Assembly (NCBI GenBank): GCA_048013815.1
Contig: CM106585.1
Coordinates: 20,708,001 to 20,772,000 of the forward strand
Length of the DNA stretch: 64,000 bases
Direction of reading: 5' to 3'
DNA from: Setoptus koraiensis
Lineage: Eukaryota > Animalia > Arthropoda
Part shown: piece after piece, positions 24,704-36,776 of the stretch
Numbering within the stretch: position 1 is the stretch's first letter
Layout of the letters: each line of letters starts with the position of its first letter
The notes under the pieces: model-generated
What the model was told of the DNA's origin: nothing
Seen by the model: the letters and a program-made list of their open reading frames with translations, nothing else
Databases searched by the model: none
Position numbers and translations under genes: made by a program

Positions 24704-25426
24704 ATGCATTATTCATCAGCAGCGACAAATCTCATTGTATACTTGAGTTTACTAGCCATTATTATTCTCCAGTTGGTGGGCCAAGGTTCGTCATCATTAA
24801 ATCACCCCATCCTCAGTTGCTAATATCAATAATAAGATCTACTACAAAATAACTAACCGATCTATTTTGTTGTCCATCCTTCAATCTTTTCCCATCAGCT
24901 TTATCGATCAGATGCTATCAGTGCTCAAGTGACGAGGATAAGAACAATGATGAATGTGGAGCCTATGAAAATTTTGACACCTCCAAGAACTCGCCTGTTG
25001 ACTGCATGGGCGAAGAGGCCGTTTCTCCGGGCACATTTTGTTATAAATCAATCGAACAAGGACCGAGGGGCTTCATTTGGGATGGTCGCTGGAGAACAGT
25101 AATTAGAAGATGTGCCCAAGTTAGCGAAAGAGGTACGTAAAATATAATAGATCGCTAGACATTATCGAAATCCTATTTCTGTGACTCAATCTAAACAAAA
25201 AAAAAATGTATGCTTATTCTCATTCGCAGGAATCTCATGGGGTTGCGATTGGGGCTTCAGAGAGAACGGAGTTTATTGGGAGGAGTGTTATTGTGCCGAG
25301 GATGGTTGTAATGGTGCAACTAGTCTCCTGAATCCACCATCTCAAGTCTGCTTCGGCCTGACACTATTTGCCACTTTAGCCAGCCTGGTCGCCTCTTTAA
25401 CGATAGGTCACACAATATATCGATGA
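24704..25426 (+). CDS. Ly6/uPAR three-finger, probably GPI-anchored protein; exons 24704-24785, 24899-25132, 25230-25426; 170 aa
   Basis: Signal peptide, IRCYQC, GFIWDGRWRTVIRRCA, CYCAEDGCN, hydrophobic C-terminal tail. Phase-1 introns are consistent. Exon 1 is less certain than exons 2-3. Confidence 0.85.
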
Positions 25427-25788
25427 TACTGTAAAGAATCTCACAATCTGTATTATAACGGACCATGACAACGGAGAAAGGATGACAGTTATTCTAAATT
25501 TAAAAGGAATTTATTTCCAGGAATATTTTGATTGCCAATATAAACTCCACTATCGAACGTTTTTTCTGTAGTTGTGAATGGAGGCTTCCTCAACTAACAG
25601 CCGATGGGACGACGAAATACAAGCAATGTTATTTTTCGTATGGCCACAAATGTAGATACTTCAAGTTACATAACAGTTCATCTATTTATATCTTCATTTT
25701 GTCTCCCGATTCTTCTAACAATTTTACTTGGCTGGATTGCGTTTTCATGTCATGTCACGAATGAGGCCAAGATATACAAATCATTCAC

Positions 25789-28700
25789 TCAAAATTTGTA
25801 TTCTTCTATCGAGTCTCTACTCTCATCGACCAGTTGCGAAATGAATTCCATGACACGGGACAGCAATTGTTCACCGTGATCAGTTGAACGCCTCAATAAT
25901 GATAAAAAAGTGTTCCAATCCTTGTGTCGAACTGCATACTTGATGGGCGAATTAACTCGTTTGAATTCAATTGCTTTGCTCAAATCCAACACAGGATATC
26001 CACTGATCAGGCATGATGGATATTGTTCCAACCTATTGTCAGATTTGTTATTGTTTGTCATTGTTGATGGTCTAGTTTTGACCTCTCTTTGCAAGGATGC
26101 TTCATAAATGCCTCTGGAGTCCAGGGGTAACCTCGGATCTGTGTCAAAAGTCAGCAGATTCTGAAGTACCCAATCTTGAACTTGTTCCTTAACGCTAGAG
26201 GCCAAGCTGAATTGATGCTCAGGCAAGCTCTCCACTGGGGGTATGTCAGTATTTTTGAATGGCTCATTGTCTATTGTGTCAACTCGTGATTTACTATCGA
26301 TAGCCTCCAACAATTCCAGCAAATGTTTCCAATAAATGTAAGCCAAATCCATTTTTTTTGCCTGGATGCACCAATAACCGGCCACATAAAAGGCTCTGTC
26401 TACACTGACCAAGTCGCTATATCTCAACAGCGAGATTGATATGCTGGTCAGTAGGCCCAATACACTATGTTGTATTCCGTAGGATGTCTCATCTAGGTTA
26501 CCTTTAACAATGAGCTGCTGTTGTTCGCAGAATATCCCCAGTAACGAGTAATGCAGCGAAATATAATGGGCAGCCATGAGATGTCGGTGAAAATGATTAT
26601 TGTTGATGCCTGATGGAATATTATCGTTGAGATTCGTTAGCAATAGCAAATCTCTAAGAGAGAACCACAAATCAGTGACATCATTTTGACTGTAGTCACT
26701 GTTACCTTGCTCTTGAATGGCGCCCCAAGGACAGTCCGTCATGATGGCGGACGATAGTCGCAAAATCACATTTAATACTTCCTGTTGAGTGAAAACATAA
26801 CTTGCTCGTTTGGCAGTGTCACTAACACAATTGATTGCCTTGCTCCATTCGTTTAAGTTGATCAAATTGACAACATGTCTGCACAATAGCCGCCTGACAT
26901 GCAATCTTTCGTCTTTGTCGATGGCCGAGGATATTTGTTTCGTAATTGCTACATGATCTAGCTCGAGCTGTCCGTTGCCCGATTGCACCATGTGAATGCC
27001 TGAATCAAGTTTGTTTATCTGGCTGCCATAGTTGTTTTGTTGCATATTGACAGTGTTAGTATCTGACGAGCTGGCGCTTGTTGAAACAGATCGCTCGTTC
27101 GGTTGATCAACGGAATAAATCAGATTGTTGTTGTCGATTAATTCAAACAAATCGCTGCCCGCCTGACTGGACGAGACGGACACATAATCAGATGGTTCGT
27201 TTTGTTCAACGCTGGTGAGGAGATTGGGCGCAAATTTGCGCGCCACTTGTATGGCCTCTTGCCACATGGATCGGCTCTGATACATTTCAACGGCCAAATC
27301 CGGTCTGTTGGCCCTCAAATAGAGCTGTTGGGCCTGGCTCAGGGCGTCTAACATTGACCTTTTGGCGCTACTTGATTGGCCCGGCGACGATGCATCATGA
27401 TTTAGTTGATTGGCTGCCTTGAGAATGTAGCTAGCGTGACTCAAAAGAACCTGATCTATGAGCGAATGTTCTTTGTTGTTGTTGTTGTTGTCGTTGTTGT
27501 CATCATGTGCACTGTTTGGTGTATATTTCAATTGGGGATGTTTCTCTGCCAGACGAAGAGCCTCTGTAAACATGCCACTCTCAATGTACATTTCCACAGC
27601 TTCCGTTATGAGGCCACCGTCAGTGAGCAGCTTTTCGGCCTGTGCAAATTTGCCTTGCTGTTCGAGCCACGAGGCGTATTTTAGCAGTATTTTACTTTTC
27701 AATTGATCGCTACTGCTATCACCTTGTAGCGCCCGATATTCTTTGGCCTCAACCATTTCTAGCGCATAATCAAATTGACGATTCTCAACGGCATATTGCA
27801 GCACCTGATTTGTCAATCTAGCCGATTGGTCCAGTTTATTGAGCATCTTGACAGCGTCCTCCACGGAGCCCAACGACTTTGACCACCAATAGGCTATTTG
27901 AACGCGCTGATTTTGACCGGATGCACCCGAAACGGGCTGCGACGTTTCAGTTTGTGGGCCACTTTGGGGCTCGTGCTGGACGCAAACTCTGTACGCGTCC
28001 GACCATCGCTGGCCATTTCTGTACATACGAACCACATTTATCCATTCCGAGCTGGAGGCCATTAAATAGTAACGTTCGGCTTTGTCCAGTGCCCCTTGTG
28101 ACTCGAGTTCGCCTGCCAACATTATCAGACTGTTCTCTAGGAGATCGGGATGATGTTCGCGTATCAGTTTGACCATTTGCTCGTAGTGTCCGGTCGCCTT
28201 GTACATATCGATGGCCTCGTCTATTTTTCCCAGCATCACATACACTTTTTCTGCGTCCACCAATCGTTGCAGTTGATCGCCGGGCGCTTTATCTGGCTGC
28301 TGCTTCTGGCTGTCGCTGGCTAAATTTCGGGCCACCAATGTGAACATTTCGTCCACCTTGTCCTTGTCGTTTGGCATCAGCTCGCCGGCCAATTGATAGG
28401 CCTGCGCAAATTGTGCCCTGTCCAAATATGTGTCTATGGCGCTCTTGTTGTGTCTGGCCAGCTTGTAAAACGACACGGCCTCTTCGGTGAGCCCCTTCGA
28501 TCTGTGATAATCGCCCAATTGTTTGCAATATTCAACAATTGTCTCGTTGAATTGGTCGCCCATCGACGGCAATATCTGGGCCGCTTTGTCGTATTGATGC
28601 AATTGCATGGCGGCCTGCAGCGCCTTGTCCAGCTTTCCGGCCTCGATATAGTGATCGATGGCGGCCGTCTTGGGCTGACGATCGCCACGTTGCCCGTTAT

Positions 28701-31700
28701 TGGCTCGGCCATTTCGTTGGCTCTTTTTAATCGGGCTGTCCAAGCTCATGATGTGATCGCCGTACTGCTCCTCGAGCTGCACCACCTTGTCGGGACAATG
28801 GTCTCTGGCCAGCGAGATGGCCTTCGAAAAGGTGTTGGCTTTTGTATACAATTGCAGGGCCTCAATAGGCTCGTTGAGCAACAGTTTCGATTCGCACAAT
28901 TTGGCCGCTTGCTCGTAATGGGCGCCCTCAATTAATTTATTCTTTATTTGGGCGATAATTTCCTTCATTTGGTTATTGTTCACCGTGAATCGCGACGACA
29001 AAAACAACGACGACGACGACACTGAGCCTTTGCCTGGTGGCGCGCCACTCGCGCCACTCAGGCCCCCATAATGATCCAATAGCAGCCTGGCTGCAAATTT
29101 CAATCTGTTGTTCCTGAGCAACAATTGCAGCGCCTCCAACAGCTGACCGGACTGGGCCATTTGTCTGGAGGCCTCAACGAATTGGCCCTTGGATATAAGC
29201 CACTGGTGGTATTCGCGCTCTGTCATGTCCTTCAATCTGTACTGGCCCCTGTTGTCTAAATATGCGATGGCTCGCGTCCATCGATTCAGTTTTTTGTATT
29301 CTTTTCGGACGGTGTCCGTGTCCGCCAGCGACTCGAACGCGTTCCAATCGTTTCTAAGCAGCGCCAATTTCCACTTGCACTGTGCCTCGTCTTGGCGGCA
29401 CGATCGCAAGTAGCGACATTTCGCATATTCGCCCAATTGCGCCAGGGCTCTTTCGGCCAGCTTCAATTGGTCCGTCACGAGAGCCTTGTCGGCCAATATC
29501 TGCCACAAACTGTGTATGCTCTTGTGTTCGTCAACATTGTTTTTTGTTTGCAACTCCGGCTTGCCACTCTGGCCACTGCTCGAAGCTGGCAATGAGGCCC
29601 CACTGCTGCCACCTGTTCGCGATTCAAGCAACGCCAGGGCGCCAAACAGGTTGTCCTGGCGCATCATGCTGTCAAACTCGATAAAAATCATGTCTAGCTC
29701 GATGAAGCCCCCGTTGGAGAGCATTATTTGCGTTGATTGTTGCTGGTGGCGACGCTCTATGGACACAATATCCGGATATTGCGCTCGCTGCGTGGCCTGA
29801 GGCTTGAGCTGGGGCCCCGCTGACACAGTGGGCACGGTGCGCGCGTCGTACACGACGGCCGCCTTCGTCAGGTCGTACCAAATGTGAATGTTGTAGCCTG
29901 ACTGGGCCACAATGACGCTCGTGCCATCGATCCACTGGGCAAATGTGCACGGCTTAATCAGTTTGACGCAATCAATTGATTGCCTGTGGGGGCCGGCCGC
30001 CTGGTACAGCGACAACGGTGATTCTGTCGGTTTGCCAGGGTCCTGCGAACGATGATGCAATCTTAATTTCAGCAGATACAATTGCAACGATCGATCCCTG
30101 AACAGCAGCGCCGAGCCAGAATCGCTCAATTCGAGCCAATCGATGGCCAGCGAATTTGTCCACGAGCACAATTGAAGTTTGCTCCTCAGATCGACCACGC
30201 TGAGCGATTTAGCGTCCACCAAATAACAAAACGACCTGTTGTTGTTGATGTTGGCATCTCTGTCGGGCGCCTCAAATCCCTTTACGCTAATGAGATGTCG
30301 ATTTGCATAATCGGAGCGCACGCTGTACAGGGTGTGATTGGTGCCCAGCTCTACGAGCATTATCTCGCCGGCCAGCGCAACGGCCACCACGTTGCTGTAA
30401 TCGAAACAGAAGCGCACATTTTGTTTGGACATGCCAGACCAGTTGAGTTCGGACACGAGACTCGGGCCGGCAAGGCCGGCCATTCTGACCAGCGCCAGAG
30501 TGTGAGTGGTCCAAACGACCGCAAACTGACCGTTCATCACCAATTTGACATTGTCTATGTGAAAGGCGCTTTTAACCATTGCGCACAATTGTTGCGTTTG
30601 TGTGTTCTTGATGCTGATGTGATTCTTGGCCAGATAATTGATTTCGAACGAGTCGTTTATGCTGCGCCTGTTCCACTGACAACTGAACAGTTCCAGGGCC
30701 CCGTTGAGGGTGCCCGCCACCACTTGCGACCCGTCGGGCGACCACACCAGCGCGGATATCATGAGCCCGTTCTTGAGGGTCACATTGTAACAGATGCGCC
30801 ACAATTGTTTTGAGTCCAGCTTTATGAGCAACATTTTGTTTGCGACACACGCCAGTATGAGGTCGCCCGAGGGCGAGCAGTCGATCTTTTGAACGTCCGA
30901 GCGCACATCCAAAGTTTGCTTGTTTCTCACTGTTACGTAACGGGCTGGCTCGGCGGGCGCCGTTGACTGGCCGCTTGCGCTCGGGCTGCGCGCCGCCGCC
31001 GCCGCATCCTGGTGCAGTTGTCCGATGAACAGTTTCCCGTCCGGGCCTCCGATGCACAAGTAGTTGTTGCTGGTGAGACAGAGCGCGAAGGGCGCGCAAC
31101 TGTGATCCAGCAGCAGGCTCGTCTGAATTGCCGCTGTCCGCTGCTGCTGCGACGGCTGCTGCGGGCCGGTCTCGCTGGGCCCCGCGGCCGCTGCCGCGGC
31201 GCCGCTCAAATTGCTGGCCAGCATCACGGACCCGTTCAGGTAACCCACGACCAACATGTCCGACAGGTAGGCGCTGTTGACGGAGCCCACCATGGATATG
31301 ACGAGCGATTGTTGCGCCATGACAGTGACAACTTTGTTGCTGTTTGTCGATCGCTGCTGCTGCTGGTCCGGCGACGATGTTGCGATAATTTTCACCTTGC
31401 CGTCCTGACTGCCAAACACCAGGCCGCACTCCAGCCACACGAGACAGGTTATGGGGCTCGAGCTGGCGAATTTGCCCGTAATAGTGGGCCGAGTTTGTTG
31501 GCTGGCCGACTGTTGACTGGTTGTGCTGGCCAACGCACCGGCCACTGGCTGCTGCTGAGTGGGGCCCGCGCTCGAGTTTGGCAGCTTGTAAATGTAAATA
31601 ATGCAATCGGACTGACCGATGGCCAGCCGGGTGCCGTCGGGCGAAAATTGAAATCCTTTCACTGTGAACGATGAGCGCGAATATTTTTTGTCCACTGGCT

Positions 31701-31929
31701 TGAGAGAGAATTTCTCCTTTTTGTCGTAACTCTTCGAATCGAACACAACAACCTGATTTTGGCCGCTGAGATAAACGCAAAGCGTTGTTGAGTTCACCTG
31801 AGACCAGCAACACAACTCTATTGGCCCAAAACTGGCCACAGATGTGAACTGGTCAGTTTGTTGCGTTGAAATGGCGTTGAGCGCTGACCAAGAGGCCGGA
31901 ATGAGCGATGTCTCGTGCTGAAGTCTCAT
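25789..31929 (-). CDS. IFT172: Intraflagellar transport protein 172, single exon, 2046 aa
   Basis: N-terminus KFSLKPVDKKYSRSSFTVKGFQFSPDGTRLAIGQSDCIIYIYKL; WD40 region followed by TPR-like repeats; C-terminal CLISGYPV. Confidence 0.93.
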   Translation of the reverse strand: MRLQHETSLIPASWSALNAISTQQTDQFTSVASFGPIELCCWSQVNSTTLCVYLSGQNQVVVFDSKSYDKKEKFSLKPVDKKYSRSSFTVKGFQFSPDGTRLAIGQSDCIIYIYKLPNSSAGPTQQQPVAGALASTTSQQSASQQTRPTITGKFASSSPITCLVWLECGLVFGSQDGKVKIIATSSPDQQQQRSTNSNKVVTVMAQQSLVISMVGSVNSAYLSDMLVVGYLNGSVMLASNLSGAAAAAAGPSETGPQQPSQQQRTAAIQTSLLLDHSCAPFALCLTSNNYLCIGGPDGKLFIGQLHQDAAAAARSPSASGQSTAPAEPARYVTVRNKQTLDVRSDVQKIDCSPSGDLILACVANKMLLIKLDSKQLWRICYNVTLKNGLMISALVWSPDGSQVVAGTLNGALELFSCQWNRRSINDSFEINYLAKNHISIKNTQTQQLCAMVKSAFHIDNVKLVMNGQFAVVWTTHTLALVRMAGLAGPSLVSELNWSGMSKQNVRFCFDYSNVVAVALAGEIMLVELGTNHTLYSVRSDYANRHLISVKGFEAPDRDANINNNRSFCYLVDAKSLSVVDLRSKLQLCSWTNSLAIDWLELSDSGSALLFRDRSLQLYLLKLRLHHRSQDPGKPTESPLSLYQAAGPHRQSIDCVKLIKPCTFAQWIDGTSVIVAQSGYNIHIWYDLTKAAVVYDARTVPTVSAGPQLKPQATQRAQYPDIVSIERRHQQQSTQIMLSNGGFIELDMIFIEFDSMMRQDNLFGALALLESRTGGSSGASLPASSSGQSGKPELQTKNNVDEHKSIHSLWQILADKALVTDQLKLAERALAQLGEYAKCRYLRSCRQDEAQCKWKLALLRNDWNAFESLADTDTVRKEYKKLNRWTRAIAYLDNRGQYRLKDMTEREYHQWLISKGQFVEASRQMAQSGQLLEALQLLLRNNRLKFAARLLLDHYGGLSGASGAPPGKGSVSSSSLFLSSRFTVNNNQMKEIIAQIKNKLIEGAHYEQAAKLCESKLLLNEPIEALQLYTKANTFSKAISLARDHCPDKVVQLEEQYGDHIMSLDSPIKKSQRNGRANNGQRGDRQPKTAAIDHYIEAGKLDKALQAAMQLHQYDKAAQILPSMGDQFNETIVEYCKQLGDYHRSKGLTEEAVSFYKLARHNKSAIDTYLDRAQFAQAYQLAGELMPNDKDKVDEMFTLVARNLASDSQKQQPDKAPGDQLQRLVDAEKVYVMLGKIDEAIDMYKATGHYEQMVKLIREHHPDLLENSLIMLAGELESQGALDKAERYYLMASSSEWINVVRMYRNGQRWSDAYRVCVQHEPQSGPQTETSQPVSGASGQNQRVQIAYWWSKSLGSVEDAVKMLNKLDQSARLTNQVLQYAVENRQFDYALEMVEAKEYRALQGDSSSDQLKSKILLKYASWLEQQGKFAQAEKLLTDGGLITEAVEMYIESGMFTEALRLAEKHPQLKYTPNSAHDDNNDNNNNNKEHSLIDQVLLSHASYILKAANQLNHDASSPGQSSSAKRSMLDALSQAQQLYLRANRPDLAVEMYQSRSMWQEAIQVARKFAPNLLTSVEQNEPSDYVSVSSSQAGSDLFELIDNNNLIYSVDQPNERSVSTSASSSDTNTVNMQQNNYGSQINKLDSGIHMVQSGNGQLELDHVAITKQISSAIDKDERLHVRRLLCRHVVNLINLNEWSKAINCVSDTAKRASYVFTQQEVLNVILRLSSAIMTDCPWGAIQEQGNSDYSQNDVTDLWFSLRDLLLLTNLNDNIPSGINNNHFHRHLMAAHYISLHYSLLGIFCEQQQLIVKGNLDETSYGIQHSVLGLLTSISISLLRYSDLVSVDRAFYVAGYWCIQAKKMDLAYIYWKHLLELLEAIDSKSRVDTIDNEPFKNTDIPPVESLPEHQFSLASSVKEQVQDWVLQNLLTFDTDPRLPLDSRGIYEASLQREVKTRPSTMTNNNKSDNRLEQYPSCLISGYPVLDLSKAIEFKRVNSPIKYAVRHKDWNTFLSLLRRSTDHGEQLLSRVMEFISQLVDESRDSIEEYKF

Positions 31930-31984
31930 CTTATCGCATCTATCGTGTTTAGTTCATTGAGCAATGTGATGTAATCCTGGCATG

Positions 31985-32044
31985 AGCACTAAATATCGGG
32001 CAATAGCACTAAATATCTGGCAATAGCACTAAATATCGGGCAAT
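31985..32044. repeat. 20-bp tandem repeat AGCACTAAATATC(G/T)GGCAAT x3 just upstream of IFT172
   Basis: Read directly. Confidence 0.9.
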
Positions 32045-32596
32045 AGCCTGGTCCTTGCAGCTTCCCATGGGCGATCCATTCACACGACAAACAATTGTAT
32101 AATACAAATAATAGTTACAGTACAAAAATATCCATGCAAATGTTGTTTGTATTGATACATATGTGTATATATACAGATTTTTTCATGAAATTTTGATCAC
32201 TTTTGTATGTATCAATGGTCCAATTATGCTTGCAGTCCCGCGCCGAGCGGGCCCACTCGACACACGGGCCCATTGTTTACCTGAAACTATCGGGCCGACA
32301 GTGTCGCGTTCACGCACGCCAGCCCGCCGATCGCCGTTTCCATGGTCACGAACCGCGCGCCACGAACAAGAATGACGCCGATTCACCGGCAACCGAAACA
32401 TTGAAACGTCGCCCAAATATCGGCGAAACTGCAAATGGAACGGATCATTTCATTGAATCATTTCATCGAATCATTTTATTGAATCATTTTATTTTGAATT
32501 GAAAGAGCCGAAATCGCACAACAATAACAGAAATTGCGACAACAATAATGATAATTGCGACGACAATAATGATAATTGTGACAACAGTAATAGCAA

Positions 32597-34593
32597 CTAT
32601 GTTAAATCAATAATTATCGTGTTGAAAAGCGTTGTCGCCAGGACAAAACACGCAATGACAGTGACGGGCACGCCGGTCAATCCGTGGGCTGGCGGGTTGC
32701 GAGGCAGGGCGAACAGAGATTAGTGTTGTAAACTTTATATTTAAATTGGTGTTAAAAGTGGTCTCGAAATGAAAATATTTCACTACTTTACCTGAATCTT
32801 TGTCGGACGCGGTGCCGAAGCGACGCGTCGCTGGTCCGACAAATTGATCGTCGTGGGCGACCAGTGTGTTCAATCTAGTGTAAGTTTGAGGCCATTCTTT
32901 GGTGATGAGAATCATCTTAATTTCGTCGCTCATTGTGTAAAAGTTCAACTTGTCATTGAGCGACGATGAGCATTTTATCTTGAGCGCCATTCCGTCCACC
33001 TTGATTTGGGTCACTCTGGCGGGGCCATTGTCGGCCGCTCTGCCAATGTCTGGGCGATTCGTTTTGGGGACGCTGCTGGCGGCGGACATTGCCACTTGAC
33101 TATCACCACTGGACACTTTGTTTCTATCCGAAACAAAATAATAATTTTCGTCTCGGTGATCATTGTCCTGCAGCGCCAACCCGCTGCTTGCCGAACCCAA
33201 TGGCACTTGAGACAATTGCTGCAAAACAATTCCCGTTTGCGCCTTGTAACCCGCAGACAGCAAATAATCAATTAGATGCTGGTCAACGGTTAATTGCAAA
33301 TTAGCTATTGTGTACTCTAGATTCAACGACGATTGATTTGTTGCAGAGTTTGTGTTGTAACGATGGCTGCTGTTGGCGTTGCTCGAACTGGTCGACAAAT
33401 GATTGTTGACCAGATTCAATTGATTGCTGTCGGTGTTGTTTGCGTTCACTGTGTTCGGGTTTCCGGTTTGCCGCTGTTGCTCTCTGGAATGAGCGAATTC
33501 AACTTTCGAGGAATCAACAATCGGCGATCTGGCCAGCAAAAGCGCCGGCTGGCGTTGATTCAAATGGGCGGAATTGGCGCTGAAAACTCGCTCGCTCGTT
33601 CTGAGGCCCCTACTAAACGTATGCTGCACCGTGTCCGTGTCCGTGTCTCTGGCCGTCATCATGGTTGCGCCGCTCACCAATTGACGATTGTTTGTGTCGA
33701 CTTGAATTTTGTCATTAATTATCCAATTGATGACGGCGCTCGGCTTAGATTCGGCCGTGCTGCAGTTTATGTTGATGGTGTCCCCGTACCTATAGAAACG
33801 CTTGTGTCCGCTTATGGCGGGCCCCTCCTTGGGCAGAGCTGCGCGAGCAATCGGGTTGGCGAAACGAGTAAAATGCGAGCAAAACGAGCAAAATGATCAA
33901 ATGAGTAAAATGGGCGAATGAGTAAAATGGGCGAATGAGTAAAATGGGCAAATGAGTGAAATGAGTGAAAATGGTGTCATTTCGGCATGGTTTGCCCAAT
34001 AACAGTGAGCGAAAATTCCCGGCAAAACAACAGCAAACAGCCAATCTTACCGTAGACAAACATGAACTTCTCTATCGACAATGTAACGAATGAGGGCGCG
34101 TCGGTGGACACCTCGCACCTGTAGTTTCCCGTCGATTTCAGGCTAATATCCTTCAGTATCACCGTCTGATGGTTTGAATTTTCCAGCTAAACATTTTATA
34201 AGCGCATAAGCAGATATAAAACAGATACAATGGCGGCCGGTTAGTTGGGGCCGAATCGATCAATTATGCAGTCGCACAAATCGTTATACTTACGTCCACT
34301 TTGACGCCGTCCATTTTGAGATATTGAGCCGACACGGGCGAATCTTGGGGCACAAAACGAAAGAACTCGCGCCCATTCTTGTACCACTTGACAGCATACA
34401 ATGAATCATTGTCCAATTCATAAAGGCAACTCATTTCAATGGTGTCGCCCACCACTGTTGTTGGCGGTATGTCCAGTTGTGACAGCCTCAGTGTGCTTGC
34501 CACCTTGAAAGTTGTTCCTTCCGGTGCGAGCAGCATCACAAGCAGAGGCAACAACAGCAATTGACACGGAGCATTTTTCAATTTTAGCGACAT
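32597..34593 (-). CDS. beat: Beaten path (Beat)-family two-Ig-domain protein; exons 34593-34294, 34186-34051, 33838-32792, 32688-32597; 524 aa
   Basis: Signal peptide; LYAVKWYKNGREFFRF; GNYRCEVSTDAPSF; LPKEGPAI..YRYGDTININC..SKPSAVINW; hydrophobic tail VTVIACFVLATTLF. The exons total 1575 nt and stay in frame. Confidence 0.87.
33900..33950. repeat. 17-bp intronic tandem repeat AATGAGTAAAATGGGCG x3
   Basis: Read directly, inside beat intron 2. Confidence 0.85.
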
Positions 34594-35096
34594 TCTCTCT
34601 CCCTGTTGCCTGGCTCCTGTCGGGCTCCCGTCGGGCTCCTATCGGGCTTTTCTCTGGCTCGTGTCGGCCTGCGAGCAGAGTGGGGGCACAAAAATGTCGG
34701 CTATGAGCACTTGTCCGAATGGAAGTCATGAGGTCAGCATCATCAAATAAACATCTAGAGCTGGCGCATTCGAAAACAACAACCCACAAGATGTAAACTT
34801 GTGCGAAAACTCGCCAGAGAGCCCCTAACTGAACAACGAATCGAGCCAATTTGAGCAGAATGGGGCCGCTCAAGTTGTGTGTGGCTCAAGCGGAACTGTG
34901 CGAAACTAATGATCGTGAATTGATTGTTCACTCCGGTCGCCACTGCCACTCAAATTGTGTCTCCGTTTGTCGGCTTGGCCACTCGCACGGCAGCATGTGT
35001 GCGGATAAACCGATGAGCATGATCGTTTTGCCTAAGATGAGCGTCATCTTGTTGGCCGAGAAATCGCTGAAGAGGCTCTTTGAGCTGATTTTTTCT

Positions 35097-35161
35097 CTCC
35101 GATGGGCCCAAGCAGCTTCTCGGATGGGCCCAAACAGCTTCTCGGATGGGCCCAAGCAGCT
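35097..35161. repeat. 22-bp tandem repeat CTCGGATGGGCCCAAGCAGCTT x3
   Basis: GATGGGCCC at 35101, 35123 and 35145. Confidence 0.9.
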
Positions 35162-36720
35162 CGGTGGAGGGCGAACAAAATTGTCCAATTGTGTAGTCAT
35201 TCAGACAGTTTAAATTGTGGGCAAATTTTTACAAACTCACGTTGGCCAGATTATTATATTATGATTGTTTGTGTAAACATTTGCCACGAGTTTGCGTCGT
35301 GCCAGAGAGCGGTGCAAGGGTGCAACGGTGCAACGGGTGCGAAGGGGCGTAGGTGCATAGGTGCAGCTTGTAGTGGGCTGGAGGTAGTTTCCGCGAGGGG
35401 CGCGATTGTCGCATGCGAACCAGTTGTTGGAACTAACTTTGGCTCAGCTAACTCGCCGGCTCGCTAGTTGAGCCAAAGCGCCCACAGCAGACTGGGCTGA
35501 AAAAAGTGAGCAACTGTTTTGTTAGCCAGACTGCGAATTGGCGAGTTAGAAGATGCGCGTTCGAAGTTGCGAGTTCGAAGGTGCGCGTTCGAACTTGGAG
35601 CCGAGCATTCGAATTGCCGCCGAAAGAAGTCAAAAACAAAATTCTCATGCCATCGCTAAATAAATACTCGGCCCATCGCAAGTGGCCCCTTTAGACGCAC
35701 ACACGCAAGCACATGGCAAAAGCCGGCGAGTGATTTAATCTCAGTCAACAACTTGAGAGAATTTGAGATCAATATTTGCCCCTTGGCCAGGCTGGGCCGC
35801 GATAGTCATATCGATTTTGTTGCTATCACTGCTGCTAAACAGTTTATACATCTTATCGGCTGTATAAATCAAAGTCTAATTCGAGGGGCCCACATAATGT
35901 AGACGAGCAGGTGAGTGTGTGTGTGTGTGCATATGAGCCAGTTTAAATCCATGCCTGGCAATGGTGGCGATCTTTATCTGACGCCTTGTTTTTCTATTTC
36001 ACTCGTCGCTGGATTATTGCTGAGTGAATTATTTTCACTCGTTCGCGTCACTACCTTTAAGAAGATTTACGTTTTTTTCCTCTTCTCCGTTACTGTCCCC
36101 GTGTCTCTGTTTCTCGATATTTCTCGCCGTTTCTCGCCGTTTCTCACTGTCTGCTCGTCTGGCTCATCAGCATACGATGATAAATAGATAGCAATCTTCA
36201 ATTTGCACCACAGTTGGCCAGTGCAAAAAAGGTGTTCGTGTGTCGCAAACAGTCGGACATTACCAGTTGGCCAGTCCGTGATCGATGGAATGCTGCAACC
36301 AAGAAAACGGACAAACGATGCAGGCTGGCCATATCTCACTGCAAGTGGCATTGCAATTATCTTAATGAAGCTCACAATCGGTTACATCGGTATCGGCACC
36401 GGCACCGGCCACTGGCTAGCGGCGCTGAATAATAATGACTAGCAAACAGGCAGCGTCTATATTGAGCGTTATGGGCGCCTCTATTAGATTAGCCCCGGTG
36501 CGTGATGCCCGACACGCCGATATGTCTGGCGTTGGCCGGCATTCGACGTCAGTCGGCGCAAATAATCTTTTTGGCTTTGGACTTTTAAGTCGCGAGCTTT
36601 GATTTCGAGGCCGCCAACAATGGTCGTCCGAACGGACGATCGTCGCCGCCCGGCGAGTGCTGGCCGTGCCCGCTCCAGATCCGGCTATTTCGGACCAATT
36701 CAACGATTTTCACACAACTC

Positions 36721-36776
36721 GAACGCTTTTCGGACACGCCGAACGCTTTTCGGACACGCCGAACGCTTTTCGGACG
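36721..36776. repeat. 20-bp tandem repeat GAACGCTTTTCGGACACGCC x~3
   Basis: Read directly. Confidence 0.9.

Noticed and set aside
28289-31813. Long alternative-frame and antisense ORFs inside IFT172 (413, 243, 220 aa etc.)
   Set aside because: Shadow ORFs expected from GC-rich codon usage; no recognisable domains.
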